NCBI RefSeq assembly: GCF_009834535.1
Contig: NC_045696.1
Coordinates: 58,220,001 to 58,284,000, forward strand
Reading direction: 5' to 3'
Source of the DNA: Camelus ferus
Taxonomy: Eukaryota
DNA length: 64,000 bases
Shown here: piece by piece, positions 11,721 through 24,500 of the stretch
Layout of the letters: every line of letters starts with the position of its first letter
How positions within the stretch are numbered: the first letter of the stretch is position 1
The notes under the pieces: generated by a model
The model's database searches: none
Seen by the model: the letters and a program-made list of their open reading frames with translations, nothing else
What the model was told of the DNA's origin: nothing
Program-made: the position numbers and the translations under genes

Positions 11721-13404
11721 TCCCAGTTTTATTGAAAATAGTGGCAAGGCTTTTTTGTTGTTGTTCTTTTTGCTTCTGGAGAGATATGGAGACATCACCA
11801 TTTAAAATCCCTAAGTCTCTGCCTTGGTTTTTAATATAACTGTGATTATATTTTTGGTTTCCTATAGTCTTGACATTTTCTGTAATGAACACATATTACT
11901 TTAATAATAAGGGAACACATGTGCATGCATGCTTATACACACACACACATGCACACTTGGAGTTATTTAAAGACAAGAGGGCCCAAGAAAGCCTAGAGCA
12001 CTCAACCCGCTAACGTCCTCCCTTTCAGCAAGAGAGGCTCTTGCTGAGCCAGCTGGGCCTGTGAAGCCCCCTCACCTTTCACACCTCAGCTTCCTGACAC
12101 CATGCAGGGATCCATGCAGCCATCCATGTGGCCTCAAGCACCTGCCAGAGAGCATCACACCCTCCTTGTCAGGGAGCAGATTTCTGGCTTCCTCCATCTC
12201 TGGATCAGGGCTGTTTACAAAGTAGACAGCCAACCATGCAAGCGAATCTTCATGCAGTGTGGATCCTTTCCTGTGATATGAATGGCTGTGCCTCCAAAAA
12301 CACAAGTTTTTATAAACAGAATGCAGAGTGTGTGAGTGTGTGCATGTGTGGGGTGTGTTCTGCCATGACACGCATGGGTTTCCATTCCACTGATGCCATT
12401 CCAGTCAACAGAGGCTGGACTTGAGCTGTGAATTCTCTGTGACTAATTCCTACAGACCTGTCCAGGGCCTCCACTTGGACATAGACTAGTGGCCCTTGTG
12501 AAGCAGGCACCTGGACCCTGGAATACTCTTGAACTGCACTGGCTCCACCAAGTCCAAGGGACTCCAAAACCCCAAGATCTAACACAGGTCCTTACAAACT
12601 CTGGATTCATAAGGCTAACAGGAACCCAGTGAGGTATCCCCAAACTGCGGAAATACTCATGTGACCCCTGAGCTCTCTCTGATTGGGCTCCATGCTGGCC
12701 AAAGGACATTGCTATTGCAATTGTCCCAGTGAACACAAGGAACCCCGAGACACGAGGTCCAGGAACACTCTTTCCTTCATCTTCCTCCTTCCCTCCCCAA
12801 GATCCTCTGCCTCCTCTTCCCCCAGGATCTCAGCCTTTACTGCCTGACCTACAAGATTTTGCTGGGAATACTGTAAGAATCGATCCAGCCAATTAAGCCA
12901 GGAAATTGCTCTCTAAATTTAACGTGTCCATCAATCTTAGCCAAAATGGTAGTATTGATTTGGCAGGCTGAGGCTCTATTTTTATTTAATCCAGCAAAAA
13001 CTACAGCGGGCTGCCTTCACCTCAGATTTACTCATTTCTGTTTTAAATTTATTAAACTCATCAATGTAAATACCTCATAAAATAACCCTCATGCATACCC
13101 CGCTGCTGGACTCGCACATTTCCGCCATGGAGCTGTTGTCTGTTAGAGCTACGGAGGGAACGAGCAGAAATCTTCCGTTGTGCTGCATCTGGTGCACTCT
13201 GTGTCCCTCCTTATCAATCTGTTTATCCCTAACCTCTTTCCCAATCAGGGTTTAGGGCAACCTGCGTGTGTGTGCGTTAAAGTCACACTCTATGTGGGTC
13301 ATCTCCCCCACCCTGAGAAAACCATCTGTCACCCCAGTGCATCACTCTAATTGACTAGACCAGGCCAAGAGGAGCCCACATGTATGCATGAAGACAACGT
13401 TATA

Positions 13405-14331
13405 TTTGGAGACTGGTATCATCTTTAATTAATAACACCACAGTCCAACACCCTCTTTGTTGCTGTAGCAGATTGTGATTGTATGTGTACGTGTGTGTTC
13501 CTGAACAGATGAGGGGCCAGCAGAGGCTCCCAAGCAGGTCTCAGCCAACAGCTCTGTTCAGCAGCAACTGGAAGACAGTCTCCAGCATGGCACAGAGGCT
13601 GTACTCCTGCCTCCCTTTCCCCCTGGCCACCATTCGTGCATTCTGAGGGCAAGGATGAGGAATGTGCCAGCCCAGATTAAAGGACTTCTCAGCAAAGATT
13701 AGTCTCCAGTCCCCAGTCCTCAATGCCTCTGACCAGAGGGATGTCCCTGGGCAAAGTGCAGACTGCTAGGCGAGGTGGACAACCTGGGCTGGCTTGGACC
13801 CCATGGCACACTGGGGCAGCACCACAATGGCCCAGCCCTGGGCAGAGAATCCAGAGCTACTGGGGCCATTTGATTAGTTTCTTTCAGAGATCACCAGGAT
13901 GTGGCCCAGGCCCTTTCTGGGGCCAGCCATAGAGGGGCAGCCACGGCCCATGATGGCCACGTGGGCCATCATTTCCAACCCAAACCTAAAAGCCTTCCCT
14001 CCTGCCATCTCCACTCTCCAATTCCTCACATGCCTAGGAGGTCCGCAGCCCAGACACAGCAGGGGAGATCAGCATGATGGTGGGTTGCAAGGAGACCGTC
14101 AGAGACCTGGGCTGAGCTGGAACTGCAGCCATGTGCCAGCGTGAAGCCAGCCCTCTCTCCCATGGTCACTGCCAGCCAGAGCTCTCTGAAGCCAGACGGG
14201 ACCCCCACAAGGCAAGGCAGCAAGTTCTTGGCTTAGTGTAGAGGGAGAAAACCACACTGGCTCCACCGTCCCATCTCCACCTGCTCTGTGCCTTAGGAAG
14301 GCAAGGAGTCCAAGTCCCCAGGACAGTGGTA
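13405..14331 (-). other. SEMA5B: SEMA5B 3' UTR (~0.9 kb)
   Basis: Runs from the stop codon to the first poly(A) hexamer I found; the cleavage site is approximate. Confidence 0.75.
13424..13429 (-). terminator. Polyadenylation signal ATTAAA
   Basis: Minus strand reads TTATTAATTAAAGATG, followed by a GU-rich GTTGTCTT element at about 13391-13398. Confidence 0.7.
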
Positions 14332-14490
14332 TCAGCTGTTGGGGAAGCACCGTTGTCCAGGTGAGGCCTCAGGCCGGAAGCTGTGTTTGTTCAGTGGACT
14401 GGGGTAGTAGGTAGTCGTGTATACATTGGTCTGCTGCAATGGGTAGAAACTGGCTCTGTCATCGGGGATCAGGTTGTTCTTGTTCAGGGT
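14332..14490 (-). CDS. SEMA5B: SEMA5B coding exon 21 (TLNKNNLIPDD...PGQRCFPNS*)
   Basis: ccacag| acceptor; TGA at 14334-14332. Confidence 0.96.
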   Translation of the reverse strand, partial: TLNKNNLIPDDRASFYPLQQTNVYTTTYYPSPLNKHSFRPEASPGQRCFPNS

Positions 14491-17400
14491 CTGTGGGAGA
14501 ATGAAGGAACCAGGGAGGAAGGGGAGAAGGAAGAGATGGGTGGAGGGGACAGACCAGGGTAAGGAGATCAGGAGCCAGTCGATGAGAGAACATTCTGACA
14601 GCTGACACAGCGTTCTGTTCACCACACCACCGCTCCCTCCCAAGTGCCCGGCCCAGTTATGCCCAGCTTAGGGCCAGGACCTCTGCCCTCTGCACCCTGC
14701 CCTCTGCTTCTACAAGAGGGGTCCCACCTTGAATTCCATGGGTGTGTACTTCTCATTCTTGGGTGTGCCCCCACCCTTGTAGTGCAGGTGGTTGGGGGTG
14801 GCAGGATGGACGAGTGTAGACTCTTGGGACTGGTGCTGGCAGTGCTGGCAGGACAGGTACACTGCCAAGGTCAGTAGCCCAGAGCCCAGGAAGCAGGAGA
14901 TGCCCGTGGCCACCAGGTGGATGAGACTGAACCCTGGGAGAAGAGGTAAGGAGGTAAGGCAAGGGCCACTGTGAAGGCCCCCAACTGCCTCCCAACAGAA
15001 GGCTCTGAGGTGTAAAGAAAAGGGCTTTGAGACCAGAGCCATAAGAAACAGGAGGCTGGGGGGACCTGTCACCAGAGCTCTGTCTCACAGGACCACCTGT
15101 AGCTTGGGTCAGAGGAGACAACCAGTACTGTGGAGCTGGGTGACTCTCCCAGAATACAGACTTGATGCCCACCTCCTAGCTGGGGGGCACAGATGGAACT
15201 GTCCAGACTCCCCTACGCATGGGCTAAAGTGGGACCTCAACAAAGTCTATGTGTCTGGAGCGGGAAGTGGAGAGACTCCAGATGTGGGAGTAGGTGGGTC
15301 TCCTCCTTGGGGGGCAGGGGGATAGAAGGGCAGCATCATGAGGTGGGGCAGGTTCCTCTTACCTCCACAGCCGGTGGCCTCGTCCACACTGGAGGCAGGC
15401 AGGATCACTGCAAGAAGACAAGCGGAGTGGGTATCACAGGCAGGAAGGAGAGGAGACAGGTCCTTCAGGGCTCGGTATGTCTCTGGGAGGACCCCTGGGT
15501 CCATAGTGAGCTATGAGACCTTCATTCCCCTTTGTTTCGCTCCAGGCTCCAACTCTAAGAAGGGTTGGCCTACCCACTAGATGAGGAGGGGCAAAGATCC
15601 AAAGTGTGTGCACCTCCCACTGTGGCATTTCATCCTGTATCCCCCAGGATCCTTCAGAGGGGAAGGAAGTTGGGGGCTCGGGGTGGGAGGGGTTGGTGTG
15701 AAGGTGCTGGCTCAAAGACTGACCAGGAATCTCGCTGTAGGGGCAGGGGCGGCTCTGACTGCTGTTTCCAGTGCAGGTACTGGGCCCGGGGACCAGCTCC
15801 TCGCAGTGTCGGCTGCGGCTTTGGACTCCATCCTCGGTGCATGTACTCCATTCAGACCATGGTGACCAGCCTTCTGTGGGTTGTGGGTTGGGATGAGGTT
15901 AACCACCAGGACCCCCTAGTGGGGATGGGCAGGCTCCAAGGTGCTCCCCAGTCCCTGCCAGATGCACTCGGTACCTGGGCAGGCCTGTGTGGCACAGAGT
16001 GCCTCCTCCGTGTGCAGCCCAAGACAGATGTCCTCGCCTGGGGAGGGCGCAGGGCTGGTGCAGGAACGGGTGCGTTGATAGTGGCCGCCACCGCAGGAGG
16101 CTGAACATGGGGACCACGAGGTCCAACAGGACCAGGCACCCCGCACTGCAAGGGGATGGGGTGTGTGAAGGGGGGCACAGATGCAGGTCTTCTACCCCAT
16201 CCCAGGCTAGGCTACTCTGCCCTGGGCCACTGTGCACTTGACATCTGCCCTAATCCACGCCATAGCCCACTATTGGGGAGTGTCCCTCCCCTCAGGGGTG
16301 GAGGGAAAAATGCAGGCTGCAGACACCAAAATCCAACTCTGCCTCAAATCAAGTGCCTTATCTGGCTAACCTACTAGAGGAGAGAAAAAAGTGAGGGTGT
16401 GGAAATGCCAGACTCCACCCAAGGAGCTGCTGTGGCCACGTTCAGGGCAAAAAAAGTGCTCTGGGGCCTGTTGTACAGAGTTGGCAGGGAGAAGAGGTCT
16501 CCAGGCATGAGTTGTGGCCTGGGTAAGCGCAGGAGTCTCCCTGGGCCAAGATTCCTCAGTGCAGGGTTACCTGGACAAGCCTGCGGGTTGCAGTCCTGGT
16601 ACTCTGCCGCGTCCCCCACGCAGGGCAGGCCCCCATTGCGGGGCTCTGGGTTCGTGCAGGTTCTCTTGCGGACGCGGAAGCCCTGCTCGCAGTCCCGGGA
16701 GCAGGATGACCACGGGCCCCAGGCAGCCCAGCCCCCACTCACCATGTGCGGGGAGGTGCTCCCGCTGCGCAGGAGATCCTCCACCAGGGCTAGGGGGATA
16801 GAGGGGGACTGGCTTCAGCCACAGAAGGCGCCCAGCGGTCCCCACTGCAGCCCAAAGGCCTCCCGCCTTCTTCCAAACTGTGCACCCTCTCCCCACCCCC
16901 CACCCCCAACCTCTGGTTCCTGGCCCCCATCCGTGCCCATTGCTCTGGGCTGGGAGGGAGGGAGACAGGTGGGGAGGCACAGGGCTGTACCATCTGTGTC
17001 GCAGGCTCCGGAGCCATCTGCGGGGCAGGTTCTGGTCTCCGTCCTTCTTCTGCCAAACTGCAGGCCGTGGGGGTCGGGAAGGGGTGCGCGGCACGTGAAG
17101 CGGAAGCGCTGCTCCTGCCGCGCCCCTGCCTGGGTCACGTTCACGGGCAGCCACGGCGTCCAGGGCGTGTTGCGCCGCACTTCGGGGCAGCCCTCGGGGT
17201 TGCACGTCTTGAACTCCTTTGAGATGGGAGCAGGTGCTGTTTCACAGCCTCGCAGCCCCAGGCTTGCCCTGCGCTCCAGCCCCGCCTGCCCTACCCTTGG
17301 CTTGAGGTCCAAGCATCCCACGCCCGCCCCCTGGCCTGGCGCTCACCACGCCGCAGCCGGGGCAGGAGTTGCCGTTCTCACAGGCCCGACGCCGCGATTG

Positions 17401-18497
17401 CACGCCGCCCCCACAGTTGCTGCTGCACTTGCTCCAGGAGCCCCAGTTTGCCCAGAAGATGGGCACCGGGCAAGGCGTGTTTTCGTTACAGAACCTGAGG
17501 GGAAGAGGGGTCGGAGTCATCACTTTAGGGAGCGGGTACTCCTTTCCCTGACAAGAGGTCTCTGGGAGAACGAGAGTCCACTGGACTACTCGGAGAATCC
17601 AGACCACTTTCTAAGGGAAAAGTCTGGGGCCTCAGGGCTGGCTTCCCAGAGAACCCTCCAGCCACATCCTAGCTCACCGCTCCTCCCGGCTCTTGCCCAC
17701 GCAGATGCGGCCCCCGTGGCGGGGAGCAGGGTTGCTGCAACTGCGCTGGCGGACCTGGAATCCGATCCCACAGGACGTGCTGCACAGGGCCCACGACGAC
17801 CACGGGGTCCACGCCCCATTCCTGGTGGGGCCAGAGGGGACAGAGACAGATGAGCCCTAGCTTCTTAGATCTGATCTACATCTGCTCTGATGGATTTTGT
17901 ATTGTCAGGAAGCCCAGACACTGATAGAAAATAACTCCTAACCAGGCTGTCTCAGGCCAAATCATCCATTCATTGCTCATCCCCTGAGCATGGGTTGAGA
18001 GCCTTCTTCCATACATCAGGCTGTGCTCAGAGTTAAAGCACAGAGATAGGACACGGCCCCTACTCACAGGTCAAAGGACACATTCTCTAGAGAAGAAAGC
18101 CCCAGTTGCCTTTCCCATGTGCAACATTTGTTCCAGCCTTCTTGGTTGGTGGACCCTTGCACATGCACCCATGCCTTCTCCCCGGTTCTCCTACTGCTCG
18201 TGCTTTGCTCCAACCTCAAAACACCACTCACTCTTGTCAACTTTGACTCCAATTTTCACATGTTGGCTCCACCACTTACTGGCTGTTTAAGGCTGGGCAG
18301 TTAATGAAACCTGTGCATCATCATGCTTGTATCTTTAAAGTAAGGATAATGATAATATTCCTACTCCATAAGGTGGTTGTGATGGTTAAGTTAATAAATG
18401 TATATAAAATTAAGTTATTTTAAGAGTATCCAGAATTACAGGTTATTTATTTTAACCACTTTATGGGGTGCCCAGGTAGCAGGCAATGTGCGAGCAC

Positions 18498-18535
<38 letters not shown>

Positions 18536-21500
18536 AAATCTCATTTACCCCTCACAACGACCCTCAGGGCGGGCACTGTAACCTTCATTTAGAGAAACTC
18601 AGAGTGGTTGGGTGGCTTGACCAAGGTCACACCAGACACTAGCAATCCAGGACTGTCACCAGGTGTGCCTACCTTACCACCATCCCATGCTGTCCTTCCT
18701 GTTTGGGACATCAAGGCTTACTGAGGTTACAGTCTGTCTAGGGGTGACTCCCATGCCTATCCAGACTTCCTCTTTGTATGAAGACCACCCACAAGGTAGA
18801 GACTTCTTTCCTACTGGAGTGGAAACTCCCCCAGGGCTCATGTTTGCTGCCTCAGATGTCAGTTACCTGTCCAGCCCCCTGCACAGCCCTGAAGTCGTTT
18901 CTGTGTCCTGACTGGAGAAGCCCTGTTTCCTCTCTTCCCCAACTCCATGCCAAGGCCACCACCAGCAACTCCTGTATCCTTACATACCTGGAGCAGTTGG
19001 CGATGTGGATGGCTGGCCCCAGGCAGTCTCGGCCCCCACAGTGGGGTCGGGGGGAATCACAGGCTCGGGCCCGACACAGGCAAGAGCCTGAGTTGTCCCC
19101 ATCTAAGTGCTCACATGGTTGCCATGGTGACCACGGGCCAAAGCCCCCATCCTGAGTCACATTCCGCACCTGCAGGCACACATGGGGAGCAGGACCCTGT
19201 CACATAAGGCAGAGGTAGGGAAGGCACGAGGTCCCAGGGAATGTGGGAATACTGGTGGGGAATCCCGGCCTGAATTTGAGGGGAGAGGTCTCTAGTTGGG
19301 GTACGAAGGGGTTCTCACAGGACATGCTGTGATGTTCTGGGTCCACAGGCTCATGTTGGAGCTCTCCTCGAGCGTGCTGCAACGTTGCTGCTTCCCGTCC
19401 CAGCCGCAGTACGGGTCCCGTGCCCCCAGGCAGGCCCTGCCAGACAGATGTCCTGAAACTCAAGCCCACTGGGCTCCCACCCTCACCTGTATCCCAAGAA
19501 TACCCCTGGACACCCCACCCTGGGTACTCCTCTCCATCCAGGTGTCTTCCACAACAAGAACTAAGTTCACCGAGTACTCACTGTGTGCCAGGCATCATTT
19601 CAAGCACTTTATAAGCATGAATAACTCCATAAAACAACTTGATGAGGAAGGAACTGTTACCATCCCCATGTTATTTGGTGGAAACCCAGAAAGCAGAACA
19701 TGGGCTCGCACTCTTGTCCCTGAGCCCATACACTTAACCAAGAGACCAGTGCCTTCCCTGAGTCTGGGTGCCCACACTTCCCCTCTAGGGCCACAGAAAA
19801 TGTGCTGAACAGAAATCCAAAGAGGGAGCACCTCCCTGTCAGTCGCTCTAGTTATAGAGTGATGGGAAGGACCTTACAGATGATCTGGCCCAGTGGGTCT
19901 CCACCCTGGCTGCACATTAGAATCACTAAAGGAGCTTTAAAAAAAAAACCTGATAGCTAGGGCCCACCCCAGGCAAGACTCTCTGGTGGATGTCATGGGG
20001 GGCTTAAAAATTCCCCCAGAGATGCCAGGGCTGGTCTATCTGCAGTGACCCAGGAGAGGTAACAGTTCCCACACCGATGCAGGCCCCAAAGCCTCCACTT
20101 CTCACAGACTAGGCTTCTCTCTTCCCTCTTTCTGACTTAGTCATTGTATCCTCTACAGTTTTTAACAACAGCAAAATAATTACATCGCTACTAGTAAAAC
20201 TTCAGGGAGGAGAAAGAGCATGGGAATTCTAGAATCAGGGTTTGCTGGCCATTTGCTAAGTAAACAGAACATCAGATTCTGAGCCTGAAGGAAGTTTCCT
20301 CCAACACCCAGAGAGCCCACTGCCAACCCAGGGGGTACCCTGGGTCCTTCTGCCTCCTTCCCCAGCTTCCACCCCGCCTGCTGCTGCAGAGCGCCAAGGG
20401 GAGCACTGAGAGTGGGGCAGAAATTGGAGGTTAGAAAGCAGAAGAGACTTGGGGTGAAGGCGGTGCTGGATGACAAAGAGAGAGGGTGAGCCCACACCAC
20501 GACAGGAGTCTGCAGAGGGATTTTCCACTGGCCAAGGGGCCCAGGCTGCTGACGGCTAAAGGGATACACAAAGGAGTCAAGGGGCTGCCCCTGTTGGTGT
20601 CTCCAGGATAGAATCTTTCTAATCTCTTGAAGCTTCAGGGAAATTCCCCTATATTTTCACTGAGTTCAATAGACCATGTCAGGCCCCAGAGAGAGAAGCA
20701 GTTATATGAGAGACCTTACAAAGAAGAGTGGGGCTTCCCCACCCAGAAAACAGTGCTCTCCTTGCTCTGGCAACCCATGACCTCATATAATGGAGGTGAT
20801 ACTTGGGGTTTCAGGGGGTGACAGCCTTGCTGGACCCCAGTACGCATACTCAGGCCCACTCGGCTATATTTCTACTTCATTTGTTCAAAGACAGTTTGTT
20901 TAAATTGTACAATGTACATGTGCTCATATTTTCACCTGGGATCAACGGTTTGATTTGGGGGTGTTTCACATGCAAATACATCAAACTAGATATCATGGGA
21001 CTAAATACAATACATGTGCCAAGGTAGTCCCAGCAACCTGAGGTTTTGAGATTCTGCTCACTGGCTGACATTTGGGCCAAATCTGCTGCCAGCAAATTCA
21101 GCCAGTCAGGACTCAGGAAAGCCCACTCCCAAGTGTATTTCCCTCAGCTCTCAGAAACGGGTATGAAACTCTAGAAGCACTGACATGGCACTTTACAAGC
21201 AGTATAGATTAAATAATAAAAAAAGAACTGGCCATGACTAGTGATTAATAATATTAATGATGATGATGATAATAATAATAATAAGACTCTATTCATCAAA
21301 AATAAATGTCTGCCAGTACAAAGAATGGATAAGAACAGAAAATTTGATTTACATAAGATAAAAACAGAAGATTCTGTAGATGAAGAAGATGTGAGAGAGA
21401 GAGATATACACACATAGTGGAATATTACTCAGCCCTCAGCCATAAAAAAGAATGAAATAATGCCATTTGCAGCAACATGGATGGACCCAGAGATTATCAT

Positions 21501-24500
21501 ACTCAATGAAGTAAGTCAAAGAATGACAAATACCATATGATATCAGTTAAATGTGGAATCTAAAATATGACACAGATGAACTTATTTACAAAACAGAAAC
21601 AGACTCACAGACATGGAAAACAAACTCACGGTCAGCAAAGAGGAAAGAGGGTGGGGGAGGGATATATTAGGAGTTTGGGATTAACAGATACTAACTACTA
21701 TATATAAAATAGATAAACAACAAGGTCCTACCGTATAGCACAGGGAACTATATTCAATATCCTATAATAAACCATGATGGAAGAGAATATGAAAAAGAAC
21801 ATATGTATATATGTATAACTGAATCACTGTGCTGTACACCAGAAACTAACACTACATTGTAAGTCAACTATTCAATTTAAAAACAGCAGAAGACTCGGGA
21901 GGGATGCAGTCTGCCTTGTGCTACTTCTTTCAGCTAGGGCCGAACCAGCTCTAGAACAGTCGTCCCCAATTCTGACTGCAAATTAGAATCTCCCGGGGAC
22001 CTTTTGAAACGCTAAAGCAAACAAAACGCCCGTCTATTGCTGGGCCTTCTGGACTGGACGCCCAGGCAATGGAGCATTTGAAACACTCCTCAGGTGATTC
22101 TAATGAATGGCATTAGAACTGCCTCTCCAGGGCCACTTTTGTCATCAGAGTTCCCAAGCCAAGGGATGAAGTGCTTGTCTTTCCAATCCATGACAGGATA
22201 AGAAAAGAGCAAAGAGAAACACGGAGTCGATGCTGGCCGCAGCATCCCCACCTGCTTCAGGCTCCCTCACCATCTCAGCCTCTCCTGCTCTCAGTTCTCC
22301 CAAAGAAAGAGAAGAGCAGATTCTCGGCAGACAATCCTGCTCTGCTCTGCCCTGCCCTGCCCTGCCCTGCCCTGCCCCGGCCTCTGGCTGCCTGAGGGGG
22401 CCAGGGAGACCTCCCTGGCGCCAGTGCCCAAGCTCTCTTCTTGTCCACATTCACTGCATTCAGCCAAAGGTCACTCTAAAGCTTACAGAGCAGAGAACAT
22501 TCTTAAGAAAATTAAAGCTCCAAGCAGAGGAGAAGTGTGTTTCTGACTGTAGAAATGGGTGGCAGTTTAAAGTTTCTTTCATAGAAGCAGCCATCAGGCT
22601 GATAATATATCACCATGTCTTTTTTACTGCAATGTTTCAAGCAGCCATTATGAAAGGGAACAGTTTCATTCGATGGGCTCCGAGGCAGGACAGAGATGGA
22701 TGGTGGAATTAGCAAGCAAGTGGATTCTGGAACCATATAGCAACAGTTTCACAATTGGAGCTGTCCAGGGTGGTGCTTGGGAGCAAGTGGCCATTACTTA
22801 AGATGGCAGTGGAGGGGGTGCCCAGACCCCCTGTCAGGGAGGAAGGTTGGGAGGAGCTGGTGTAGAAGGGCCCCTTCCCTCCAGGGCACATGAAAGGCAG
22901 CCTGGAAGGAAGAAGGGGGCGGTTCTTCACGCATAAGCACCTGCTCTGTAGAGCCAGTCAGCTGTTCCTTCCCTCTGCTCCTCCTCCTGTGAGCCCTGGT
23001 CTCTCTCTGGCCAGGCCAGGGTCCTGCTTGTGCCCCACAGGGCTGAGGTTTGCCTGAGTGAAGGGAGGGGCCTGGAGACAAGCCATGGTTTCCGGGAAGA
23101 GGAGGGGGCCTGAAGGACTCTGCTTACCCACCCTCAGCTTCCTGCCAGCTTTGGAAGAAATAAGGAGAAAAGTAGGAAATGTCGATCCTGGTCCCCAGTA
23201 AAACCCTGTGACAACCCGCCTCACAACAGCACAATTTCTGCTATAGTGTGATGGGCAGTGGGTCCCAGACTCCCAGAGTACACAGCTTGGTGGCAGCATG
23301 GGCTTACTCTGGTCATTTTATAAACTTTGCAATAAAGAGACCTCACATTTTACATGTTTTGAACCACCTATAGCTTTATGGCAGGGTTCCCACTGTGCAC
23401 ATCAAGAGCTCTTATCCCAAACTCAGGAAACCAAATAGAATGAAAAAAAAAGTATCAGACTCCAAACTGACCTTTGTCTACCTTGCTGTTCCACCTAGCC
23501 ACGCTACGGCAATCTCCCTGTCTCCCCTGCAGCGCCATGTGACTAAGGAAATGTCCCGGCTTCATCTTTCTCATTCCACTGCAGACCCCATTACTTCATA
23601 TCTGGCCTAAAGCCACCCCAGCTCACGCTGGCCAACCATCTGCCCCGCGACAATGCCACTCGCTGTCTGATTGATCTTTGTAAAACACCTATTCATACGG
23701 CTTGTCACTCCATTCCCTGGCTCAAAGACCACTTCAGTGCCCCAAGTCACAGGATTCAAGTCAAAATCCTCCCTTGGCATTCTCAGCTGGCCTCAATCCA
23801 CTTTCCATCCCATTCCCCACTCCTCTCCTGCACGAACCTCCTTTCAGGCCAAAAAAAAAAAAAAAAAAAAAAAATCAATCAACCGAAAGATTAGTCACGT
23901 GTGGAAGGCCATTTTGTGCCTGGGGCTGGGCATAGCCCCTGATGGAATATAAAAAATACTGGTATAGTAGGTTTGCCTTCAAGGATTTACAACCTGTTAA
24001 AGAACAATGTACATGCGAAAAGTTTAATAACGACCCAGGAGTTAAAGAAGAACACAAGATATGAGGGAAATGTGATTCACTGCCAAGAAGTGCTGTCTGT
24101 ATTCAGTGTCACAGAGTCTGAGACTCTAGAGAGCCCAGGAGGCTGGAGGGTTCCTAAATGCATTTGTGGAGATAAAAAAGGAATAAGGACATTAGATATC
24201 ACTGACGACTCGCTGGAATAGGTACTTCATGAAATTACTCCCAATCCTTAACTCCTCTGCCAAAATTAAAGATCACCTGCTCCATCACAATTTCCCCCTA
24301 TTTTCCAGGTGAGAAAGCTGATGCTCAAGGTTAAGTAACCTGCTCAAGATCACAGAGTGAGTGGATGGTGGAGCTGAGATGGAGCCCAGGTGTGCCCAAT
24401 CCCACCACATGAGTCCCTCCCATTTAACCCCCGCTGTCTCTCCCCACACATCAGATTCAGGCCAAGGTTTTTCTCCCCAACCAGACATCTAGAGCTCTGA

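Larger units (their letters stand above)
16590..17830. other. Intragenic CpG-rich segment over TSP1 exons 13-16
   Basis: Visibly dense CpG and high GC, including in the introns; obs/exp not computed. Confidence 0.65.

Noticed and set aside
14328..14334. Possible stop-codon readthrough
   Set aside because: The context is TGA-TAC, not the TGA-CTAG readthrough motif.
14491..14727. Last intron is 237 nt (a multiple of 3), suggesting in-frame retention
   Set aside because: An in-frame stop occurs after VGPLL (14712-14710), so retention truncates the tail rather than inserting residues; there is no other support.
23851..23873. A23 tract as a retrocopy tail
   Set aside because: The upstream sequence looks like L2-type decay, with no TSD or poly(A) signal; treated as a simple repeat.
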